The notes beneath the pieces are model-generated. The model was not told where the DNA came from. It was given only the letters and a program-made list of their open reading frames with translations, and ran no database searches. A stretch of DNA of 64,000 nt, taken from the NCBI RefSeq assembly GCF_006345805.1, contig NC_042997.1, forward strand, positions 126,728,001 to 126,792,000. Direction: 5' to 3'. Position numbers and translations under genes: made by a program. Source of the DNA: Octopus sinensis. Lineage: Eukaryota. This document shows, one piece after another, positions 53,300 through 64,000 of this stretch (its first letter is position 1; the number at the start of each line of letters is the position of its first letter).

Positions 53300-53546
53300 C
53301 TTGGAAAAGGATGCGTGGCATTCGATCATATAATAATATAAATAATATATAAATATATGCATATATACATACATATATGTACATACCTACATCTATACGT
53401 ATGTATACACATGCCTATATGGGTACAGGTCATAAAAAAAACGTTGAACACAATGAGAAACGAAAACATAAAATCAAAAACATGGAAACGAACTTTTTTT
53501 CAAACAACGAAAAAACAGATTACAAGACACAACACAAGGAATATTT

Positions 53547-53622
53547 CCCTTCTTCAGTTGTCCCTGTTTCGTCTACTCCGCGTTTTCGAAGGTAAGGACA
53601 AGACGCTCCTTCCTTGAAACAG
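53547..53622 (-). ncRNA. Candidate strand-permuted (pseudoknotted) hammerhead ribozyme
   Basis: CUGUUUC..GCGUC UUGUCC uua CCUUC GAAA ACGC ggaguagac GAAACAG GGACAA CUGAAGA AGGG. Confidence 0.55.
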
Positions 53623-54449
53623 TCCTTTAATAAATATGTGACATATTAACGTTGTGATTTTGTTTTTCTTAGCTTTAGAAAAAAAAGAACCTGGTGTTGT
53701 TCACTCTGGTATTGAAAGGGTCTCCTGTTGCATCAACATATACTTGTGCCGTTCCGTCGAGATCCTTCGATAGCAGCTCAGCCTCATACACAACCTCTGT
53801 GTTACAGTGCTCGTTTATTGTGTATGTGGTATTATGTCCACAGGAACAGCTTGCTAAAAGAAGTCCTGAGAGTGTGCCTATTGGAAAACCTACCTACACA
53901 AATCTTAGCATTAAGAGGAAATGCAATGCAGATCAAACGACTTGATAGCACATATAACCAACCACGTCCTCGAAACTGCTGGTAACTAGAGCCGCGTTGT
54001 ATTATGGGGTCGCTGCGTCGAAAATTTCCTTACTGGGGGATACGCAGGAAACTACTTTGCTAATGTCTTTCGTGTTGTTTATGAAAACTATGGCTGATGG
54101 CAGGAAGCGGTGTTAATATGTCAGCTTCACATTCTGTCCAGAAGAGTTTCTATGAATTTGTGCCGAGGTTCAATGTCACATCGAGGAAAGTAATTTTGGC
54201 TCGAAGGAATTAAAAACATGGCTTAGGCCTTTCGTGAGCTTATCTAGAGTGTTGCCGTATACATGGTCTTCATATAGCCCTTACCCTATTGGGGACATTT
54301 CCTACCAAGAGTATTAAAATTACAAGGTCATCGCACTGTTAAAAGCAGTCGCTACCATATTGAAAAATAAAAACCTTCCATATATGTTCGTTTGTTTCAA
54401 ATTGAAAGCATATCGAACAAGAGGGTATTCTTGATATCTCTTATGATAA

Positions 54450-54832
54450 TCTCTCTCTATATAAACGGCAGTTTGTCTGTGCGTGTTTCTGTGTGTCTGT
54501 TTGCTTGTACCCTCACCCTGACCACGGCTTTCAACCGATTCTGATGAAACTTGACACACACATAGCCCAATGTCATAATTCGAAACTAACGCAGCGAAAA
54601 TTTTGAAAAGTTCCCCCAGTTCTGAAAAAAATCGATAAATTCGACATGGGGTCGAGAATCAGAAACACAAACCGCAAACTGTCTAGGGGACGCAACTCCA
54701 CATTTTTTAACTAAAAAAAAAATTTACCATCGTTTTTTTCCATTTTTTTGCTATTTTTTGGCTATAACTCTCTAAAAATGCTTTATAGTTATTTCCCTTA
54801 CAAACCTGAGCAACGCCGGGCGATACTGCTAG
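54450..54832 (+). mobile_element. Non-autonomous Helitron-type element
   Basis: Inserted at A|T. Begins TC..TATATAAA, has a GTCT/GTGT tract, a subterminal CCTGAGCAACGCCGGG hairpin, and ends CTAG. Confidence 0.75.
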
Positions 54833-57800
54833 TGTATGATAAAAGCTATACTGACATCGTTAATGTCAGTATAGCTTTTAGTAAAGCTAACTTTGCCCTG
54901 TATAAAAAGTACTTCGATGTAGATGAATAAAGCTCAACAATAATATCACATTGGGAGAATCTTGCTCTGCCCCTGCCAACATTGTGTTTAAACTATGAAA
55001 TGAGCTTATTTATATTGCTCCATAGGGAGAGGCCAAAAGCCTTTCTCATGTCATTGCTTATCTTTCTGAACTGCTATTTGCTCCTTAACCTAATTTCTGA
55101 CTTCGCATTTGGCATCGGAGACAAAGATAAGTATATAGCCTTTAATTATTATAAACGCATTCTTCGATAAAGTCTACGCTGCTTTCAATGCCTAATGCAA
55201 TACCTATCTGTTTGGCCTCATGGCTTATGCTATCATTGGCCTTAGGAACAGTCATGTAATTCTGAGTGATTGTGTATTTTTTGTTGTCTATTCCACAGAA
55301 ATTCTTAGTCTCGTCTGCAAAGTCCTTTTATAATCTCACGTACGTCTACATTAAATTTATATTGTAGGCAAGAAGACTTATGAAATCTCAGCTTGGACAG
55401 GGTCTGTCACTTTTTAAAATCGATGGAATCAGTTGGATAAGTCAATTGACAGAACCGTAATATATTGGTTTGAAATTTTGGTCAAAGCTCAGCAGTTTCG
55501 GGGTGGTGGTAAGTCGATTACATCGACCTCAGTGTTTAACTGGTACTTATTTTATCGACCCCGAAATGATATAAGATAAAGTCGACCTCGGCGGAACCTG
55601 AACTCAGAACATAAAGAAGCACGAAATGCCATTCAGCATTTTGCCCACCTTGCAAACGATTCACTGCCTTTATAAGAAACGTAATATATTCTCTTTACTC
55701 TTTACTCTTTTACTCTTTTACTTGTTTCGGTCATTTGACTGCAGCCATGCTGGAGCACCGCCTTTAGTCGAGCAAATCGACACCAGGACTTTATTCTTTG
55801 TAAGCCTAGTACTTATTCTATCGGTCTCTATTGCCGAACAGTTATGTTACGGGGTTGTAAACACACCAGCATCGGTTGTCAAGTTACTCGGTTACTCTTT
55901 TACTTGTTTCGGTCATTTGACTGCAGCCATGTGGAGCACCGCCTTTAGTCGAGCAAATCGACACCAGGACTTTATTCTTTGTAAGCCTAGTACTTATTCT
56001 ATCGGTCTCTATTGCCGAATAGTTATGTTACGGGGATGTAAACACACCAGCATCGGTTGTCAAGCGATGTTGGGGTGGGGGACAAACACAGACACACAAA
56101 CATATACACATACACATATATATATACTTATATACGACGGGCTTCTTTCAGTTTCCGGCTACCAAATCCACTCACAAGGCTTTGGTCGGCCCGAGGCTAT
56201 AGTAGAAGAGACACTTGCCCAAGTGGGACTGAACCTGAAACCATATGGTTGGTAAACAAGCTACTTACCACACAGCCACTTCTATATACGATAGGTATCT
56301 TTCAGTTTCCGTCCGCCAATATCCATTCGCAATGCTTTCATCAGCCCAGGGTTATAGCAGGAGTCACTTACCACGGTGCCGTGCAGTGGGACTGAACACT
56401 TATTCCATATGTGGTCACTGAGCATGCTAAAAGTAATAACCAGAAAGCCATAAAATCACTGCCCACCCTGAAAGAAACAACACGGGATACATTGACTAAT
56501 GAAGTCCCAGATGCAATATATTTGCTAAAACGAGACGGTCACGGCTGGAATATCTTTAATCACAAGGCTGATCTGGAGTTAAATAACCAGTTTGTTTTCA
56601 TATCTTCTTTTATTTTCTCCTTTTTCTTTTAGTTCATTTTTATTACCCCAGCAAAAGAAAAACAAGAAAAGGAAGAAGCAACCATGCATTGAAATAAACC
56701 TGCTTATAGCATTAATGTCTTTCCGATTTCTTAAGATGGTTAGAAAACTCATAGATTTTTCCCTGGTTTTACTACTTTTTATGTTACAAGAAAGACACAC
56801 GAAACGAAACTGCTCGTGATCTTAAATCTCACCACATCGTAATCCTCTACTTGCTTTTCCATGTAACAACCAAAGCAATCATATTGACAGAACTGTTGTC
56901 TGTCAAAGGAAGCAAACTACTTGTGTATGGAGATTAATGCTTTCAGTTTATCTCTGAATGTTTTGACATTAAAGATTCACTTGATCTAATGCGTTATTCT
57001 CTCAATTACGTAGACAGTTGCACCATATATCGGTACGGTCTGTTATTTCATGACTTGCACATATTGATGCGATACTATATCCTTAACTTGATTTCTTATT
57101 GTTTTACACTTTCTTTCAAGACAATATTCTATTTATTCCTTATTCGATTTTTCTGTAGGAAAACGGAATTGAATTTAATGCAAAATGTAAATTTAGTTGT
57201 AGATGAAACAGAAGTTCAAAAGTTGAGGCTTCTACTGCAAATCCAAAAATTTGAGTTTCAAACGTTTGTATAAATAAATCTGAAAGGATTCTGAGAGAAG
57301 AAAAGAACTTGTACTCAAATTTGAAAACTGGAAGAATACTACCTTATCACAGCAACATGTTATCAGCATGTGATTCACATTGTTATAGTTATCATTATGA
57401 AGCACACGTTGTAAGTATATAGAGCGTGGTATGGCTCCAGTCTCTATATTGTATATATTCTCATTATTTCGTCGTCTTATGTTCAGTTTCTAAGCTGGCA
57501 TAAGTTGGACGGTTCGACACTATCCGAGGACAGCGTTCTTATTTCTTTATTGCCCATAAGGGGCTAAACACAGAGGGGACAAACAAGGACAGACAAAGGG
57601 ATTAAATCGATTGCATCGACCCCAGTGCGTAACTGGTATTTAATTTATCGTCCCCGAAAGGATGAAAGGCAAAATCAACCTTGGCGGAATTTGAACTCAG
57701 AATGTAACAGCAGACGAAATACTTATTTCTTTACTACCCACAAGGGGCTAAACACAGAAGGGACAAACAAGGACAGACAAACGGATTAAGTCGATTATAT

Positions 57801-58298
57801 CTACCCCAGTGCGTAACTGGTACTTATTTAATCGACCCCGAAAGGATGAAAGGCAAAGTCGATCTCGGCGGAATTTGAACTGAGAACGTAGCGTCAGGCG
57901 AAATACTGCTAAGCATTTCGCCCGGCGTGCTAACGTTTCTGCCAGCTCGCCGCAGAGGACAGCGTTCTGCTCCGCTATTTCAGCTTTGATATGGTTTCTA
58001 CGGCTGGATGTCATTCTTAACAAGAACGACGTTACAGAGCGTAATATCCCCCATGTCTAAAAGGAGAGAAAAGTGTTGGTTTTAGGCAAGGCGATGGGAG
58101 AGGATAAGATGTGATGAAAGGAACAGATTTATTGAAGTGGCAAGGTGCTCTTGATTGAGAGACTAGCAGAGTAGACTGTTGGTTGATATGGAAAGGACAG
58201 AGGAAAGAAGGATTTAGTGTCAAGGGATAGTGAGAATGAGAGAAAGGGAGTAGTAAGGACAATGGGATGGGTTGAGTGTATGTAAATATGGATGGATG

Positions 58299-58352
<54 letters not shown>

Positions 58353-58890
58353 TGTGTGTGTGTAGCAGAAATATTTGGCACCAACTTATTGCTTAAGAAT
58401 TGGACTCGAATTACTGTGAAGATATGACAAAGATTTTGTTAAAGACTGATTACGTCAACAAAGAACTGGCCACTCGAACCTCAAGTAGAAGTAGGATGTC
58501 ATTTACATTTTGTTTTGGGCGCCCCTTTCCCTTGATAGAAACATTATCTATTTAAAGTGCATTTATTCACCAATACGTCAGCAAGAAAAACATCGCTGCA
58601 AGGATTTACGACTCTCAACATCATGGAATGCCACGATAATGATGACGATGGTAGTGGCAATGACACAGTCTAAACCAGCTTAGATACTCGAATTCATATC
58701 AATGACTGCTACTATCATTGTTGATACAACATCTCATGCAAATTGTCGAACTGTTTAAATTGGTGTTACCACGAGTGTGTTTGGCGTCTCTTTAAATGCC
58801 GCTATGGTAACTGTTGAACAAGTGAATGAAAATGTACTTTTTGGATTGCGTGAAGAAATAACTGCCAACATTCGCGAGCAATTAGCAGAA

Positions 58891-59469
58891 GGTTGCCATC
58901 AGTTTAACGAAGATATATTTTGGCTGAGTTGAGAGATCGAAGAACAAGAATTCGTATGTGGTTCCAAATGCAAAATAGTTATTATTGCTAATAAGACAAT
59001 ATACTTCCGTAATGGTCAGTGACAGAAAAGCCAATTTGTATATAGAGTCTAACTTGTGTTGGTCTCTTACAAATACTAACAACAATAGTTACATACTGGC
59101 AGAGGTGTAAAAACCACACCGCGTCAAAAGAAGTTACTTCTGAGACATAGTGTGAATGGTAAGTCCGGATCGTCCAAGAACTTGGAGATGTCTTCGCAAA
59201 TGTTCCTAGTAAGAGTGAAGATGCATTTTGCTCAACCACCTTCCAACACTCTGCCATGATAAGAGGTGAGACGTGTGAATGAGACGGCCGCTTTCAACGC
59301 TCGGCAAAGTATTTAGACGCCCAAATTGGCTTTTCTGTCACTGACCATTACGGAAGTATATTGTCTTATTAGCAATAATAACTATTTTGCATTTGGAACC
59401 ACATACGAATTCTTGTTCTTCGATCTCTCAACTCAGCCAAAATATATCTTCGTTAAACTGATGACAACC
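58891..59469. repeat. 148-bp inverted repeat (58891-59038 and 59322-59469) with a 283-bp spacer
   Basis: The arms are reverse complements of non-repetitive sequence, with one mismatch visible. Confidence 0.95.
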
Positions 59470-59885
59470 AAGTCAAAATCTTATCGCTACATATGAACAC
59501 ATAAGAAGTAACAGCACGAAGCAGTACTGCAAAGTAATCAAACCTTACTTTATTTCAAATATGTTTAGGATATAGAACTTCTAAAGGCAATCTAAATGCA
59601 GTTTACCGTGGTCTAAAAATCACCGCTTTAGTAAATGGCTTAAGAACGCTATTATCAACTCGAAGCGCCCTGTGTAGATCATTAGATGCAGGCATTTATA
59701 TGTATCTGCACATTAATTATTAGCGACGGAAACAGTGTTGATATAAAAGGTAATCTTTATATCTAACTTAATACGGATGCCTTGACACCGAATACTGAGT
59801 TATTAACCTTCAGAAATCCTCTCATAGAGCTGCATGGTCATTAAAAGCACGCATATAGATCGTAGCAGACAAGAATCGTCTGTGA

Positions 59886-60022
<137 letters not shown>

Positions 60023-60118
60023 TTGTGCATGTCTCCTTACATGTATCCATATATATATATACATATATATATATATCCTCATATATATATCATCATATAT
60101 ATATATTTATATACATAT

Positions 60119-60176
<58 letters not shown>

Positions 60177-60244
60177 CATACATATATATCCATTGATTTT
60201 ACCCTTTTATTATTGATATCCATATATATATATATATGGATATA

Positions 60245-61707
60245 TATATGCTGAACCACCTCCCGAAGACTGTAAAGAACGGAACACTACTGGTATCTTT
60301 CGATGTGGTGAATCTATACAATAATATCCCACACGACTATGCTATAGAAGCAATTACATTTTGGCTAGAAAAATACCCAGAAGAGATCCCAGGACGAATT
60401 AACCACAATTTTATAATTGAAGCACTGAAATTCGTCCTGTTGAACAATCATCTCTTGTTCGATACTACTTACTATCGATAGAAATGCGGAATTGCAATGG
60501 GGACCAGAGCTGCTTCAGTGATTGCAAACCTCGTAATGGGTTACAACGAACTTAAGTTATACCAATCATCACTAGAAAAATATGGCGCCTCTTTTAATTG
60601 CTACTTAAAGGAGAACTGGAAGAGATATTTAGATGATTGCTTCATACTTTGGAAAGACAGCATGGATCAACTCCTTGACTTCAAAAGAATGCTCAACAAA
60701 TACACAGCAATATACAATTCACTATGGAACACAACAGTAAGCAACTCCCTTTTCTAGACATCTTAATTAGAATAGTTAACAGCCACATAGAAACAGTCAT
60801 CTTTTATAAACCGACAGATTCTAAACAATACCTATTATTTAACTCCTGCCACTCCAAACTCATAAAAATCAACATACCCTTTAACCTAGCAAAAAGAATC
60901 TGCACCATAGTTTCCGATACATACACTCGAGAACATAGACTCCTTGAACTTAGATCTACACTAACTAAAAGACATTACCCAATCTCATTAGTAAATGAAG
61001 GCATCAAAAGAGCTAAGGAAATAGATATACAAAGGTTAAGGAAAACTAGCCGAAATACTAAACAAGACTTAAAAATACTCCCGTACATTTCCACACATAA
61101 CCCCAGAAACAACGAAGCCTTCAACATCATCACCCAAAACCTTCCCATCCTCACAGCAGACAAAACAATGAACGAAATTTTAAGCTCATATAAAATTATA
61201 AAAAGCAAAAAGCAACCGAAGTCACTGAAAAAAATATTAACCAGCGCTAGACTGTATCCACCAACAACAGAGCCAAAAGTGACAAGATGTGGTCGTTCTA
61301 ACTGTGGAACATGCCCCAACCTTCTGGAGGGTTCAGAATTCCATTTCAAACAAGGAGAAATATTTAAGATCAAATCAAATTTCACCTGCGCCTCAGTAAA
61401 TGTAATCTATATCATGACATGCATAGGATGCGGTAAACTCTATATTGGACAAACAAGAATTTCGCTCCGTCAAAGAATCACCATTCACAAAGAGCAAATC
61501 CGTCATCCACAATACAGACAGTTAAAGGTGAGTGCACACATAGAAAGATGTGCCAGGAATCTTAATCCCAATTTCCAAATATTTCCCTTTTACCAATGTT
61601 CACAGAACACCGCAATGCAACAAAGGTTGAATAAAGAGGCATTTTTCATCAATAAATTTCTCCCCCAACTAAACATGAACACACAACTCAATACAGAACA
61701 CCACTAA
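60245..61707 (+). mobile_element. 5'-truncated Penelope-like retroelement: RT plus GIY-YIG endonuclease (one stop, one frameshift)
   Basis: LVSFDVVNLYNNIPH, GIAMGT, WKRYLDDCF, LPFLD, YKPTD..YL..SCH, a CxxxxCxxC linker, and FTC.S.NVIYIMTCIGCGKLYIGQT..R..H. Confidence 0.95.
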
Positions 61708-62096
61708 CTCTTCAATTAAAACCACTAACCCCTATACACTTCCTACACCACTCACATCTCTAAATCCAGAACTACTTACCTCCCTTACAAATAATCTTTT
61801 TTCTCAGGAACTATTAGACCTGACACCGTGTATCAACCGGTGTTGTTCAAACGATGAATAGATTCGCGTAAATCCTGGTCCGTTTTGTTCTCTTACTTTA
61901 TTATCATCTTATAATCATTTCATAATAATGACTTTTATGACTCGCATTACCACCTCAGTCAATCTAAATGTATATATTTGTCGTTACCTGTCATAAATAG
62001 CCTTTTTTTATTTGTAATGTGCAGTTTCGTTGATTTTTCATATTTTACCCTTACATTTCCAGGTGTATTTTATATTTTCTTTTCGTAACATATTTC

Positions 62097-62145
<49 letters not shown>

Positions 62146-62193
62146 ATATCCATATATAAAATCAAAATAAGCAACAAAGATATCCAGAGGTAA

Positions 62194-62280
62194 TGCAGTA
62201 CGATCGTTTCATGCAACTCCATTTAATTGAACAATGCAATCATTACATCAATTCAAAATGTAGAGCAATCTTCAGCTGCA
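62194..62280 (-). ncRNA. Type-I hammerhead ribozyme with long stem II
   Basis: UGCAG CUGAAGA uUGC..GCAu GAAA C GAUC GUA CUGCA. Palindrome ACGAUCGU, with U.U at the base of stem II. Confidence 0.8.
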
Positions 62281-62787
62281 CAAAGGCATATAATTTAATT
62301 AAATTAGAACAGATGAACACATTAGTATATTTATACCTAAAATCGCCAAGAAGTTAGGGAGATAGACAAAGAACATATTGTTTCTACTTCAGCATAAAAG
62401 TTACTAAAATTATGAAGAAGACTCTGCCTGCCACTGATTTTTTGTTTTTATGGGGTCAGTTTTAATTTATAGACTAGTTTATCAAATCCCTTGTATATCT
62501 AAGGCTGAGAGAACAGAGGGCAGTATGAAATACAGAAGGAAGTAAGAGAATGATAATAGAACTGAGATATGTAAAGATATTGTATTTGCAGTTCCATTAT
62601 TCAAGTAGAAGTGTGTATATATGTGGTACAGGAAACTTCTTCACCACTTATATACACCATTCTACTTGTATAATGGAACTGCAAATACAATATACCTATG
62701 TATCTCACTTTTATTTTTATTCTTTTACTTCCCTCTATATTTCATATCTTCTCCACAATAATTAATACTCAAACATTTTCTCGCACC

Positions 62788-62834
62788 GTCTCGAGGAAGG
62801 GATATATAAAATATCCTGGAAACAGCTGTAAGAC
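62788..62834 (+). ncRNA. Minimal type-I hammerhead motif with a 1-nt core deletion
   Basis: GUCU C-GAGGA a GGGAUAU-auaaa-AUAUCCU g GAAA C AGCU GUA AGAC. Confidence 0.7.
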
Positions 62835-62896
62835 TTTTTCTTGATAAATGTTATGAAAACTACTTACAGCCTTAGATTTTTTATCCCATTCTGTCA

Positions 62897-62963
<67 letters not shown>

Positions 62964-63065
62964 CATGCATATATGGGTACAAGGCGACACCAAGAGTGCA
63001 GATAGCATGAAATACGTAAACAACATGAAAAAATGGAAAATAGGACAAGTAAACACAGAGCAAGA

Positions 63066-63128
63066 ACCTTTCATCAGTTGTCGGCTGTCTATCTACTCTT
63101 CATTTCGAGTATGATTCTTCAAAGACAG
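63066..63128 (-). ncRNA. Second, internally deleted copy of the candidate permuted hammerhead
   Basis: CUGUCU..UCAUA [stem I strand missing] CUC GAA AUGA agaguagau AGACAG CCGACAA CUGAUGA AAGGU. Confidence 0.5.
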
Positions 63129-63478
63129 TTGCTCCCATAAATTCTAAAATAAGGAATATGGAAGGTCAAAGAAGTGAACAAAAACATGACAGTGGAGACA
63201 TACAAGGAAACCGAACGAAAACAAACATGGAGGGTCGTTAGACCAGAACGAGAGAAAAATATTGAACGCTGGGACAAACATAGTCGTTGATTATTGAAAA
63301 GCTTGCAAGACGCAACGAAAATTTTAGGAAAAATAAATAAGTAAAGGAATGGAAATTTTACCGGAGAGTGTGTTAAATAATAAGGCACTAAAAGAGAATG
63401 ACTCTCTACAGACACAACAAAATATGATCCAACACACGAACTCACATAAAGAATCTTGCAAACCAAATCCCAAAACAA

Positions 63479-63530
<52 letters not shown>

Positions 63531-64000
63531 ATATATATATATATTCACAAATACACTCACACATATGTATATGAAACATATTGTTTACTTTTTGGTAATG
63601 AATCTAATTCGTTTCCGACTCTCATTTGTCACAACAAAAGTTCGTTGCCACATCAATTAAATTATACGTATTGTGGAACAATTCATTTCAAGACGTCAGC
63701 CTAAACTGAACGTATACACCCAATGCCCCTCTGAAACATTAATAAACAAATAATCATTATTTGTTTATAATAAACGTCAATAAACAAATAACCTATTAAA
63801 AAATAGTACAATAAGATAATAATTAACCCAAATAAATGAAGAGAAACAAAATAGAAATTAATAAATTAAAAAAAAATATCATTCACACCTGATTTGAAGT
63901 AGCTCTCTCTTATGAAGATATAAAAGCTGACGGACATTAAAATATAACATTATTGATGTTATTACATGATAAATAACATAAATAATTTGTAAAACGAACG

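Noticed and set aside
53694-54300. Coding-like higher-complexity block
   Set aside because: Possibly an old LINE remnant, but no motif was clear enough to call.
54541-54550. CTGATGAAAC as a hammerhead core
   Set aside because: No stem II or stem I. It is internal sequence of the Helitron-type element.
58988-59257. 89-aa minus ORF with good Kozak context
   Set aside because: No similarity recognised, and it runs into an arm of the inverted duplication.
60975-61385. 136-aa minus ORF and + ORFs at 51436-52377
   Set aside because: Antisense shadows of retroelement coding sequence.

Overview
AT-rich, repeat-saturated animal genomic DNA. The SINE/LINE repertoire looks like an octopod cephalopod, which is my inference from repeat types. 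The only host coding sequence I can support is the last two exons (+ strand, 3922-4138 and 16652-16789, 12.5-kb intron) of a Munc13-4/BAIAP3-like C2-domain gene. The rest is microsatellites, at least three tRNA-derived SINE families, many 5'-truncated RTE LINEs with (GAT)n tails, CR1/L2 and R4/Dong fragments, mariner/hAT/Helitron MITEs and two Penelope-like (RT/GIY-YIG) fragments. Most ORFs in the supplied track are microsatellite or SINE artefacts. The most interesting signal is non-coding. About ten short units, mostly next to (TA)n, carry type-I hammerhead ribozyme motifs with self-complementary stem III, some with very long stem II. Two related units (53547-53622 and 63066-63128, minus strand) show hammerhead strands in a reversed, pseudoknotted order with covarying stems. 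That is a candidate hammerhead topology outside types I-III. All RNA structures were derived by eye and are untested.
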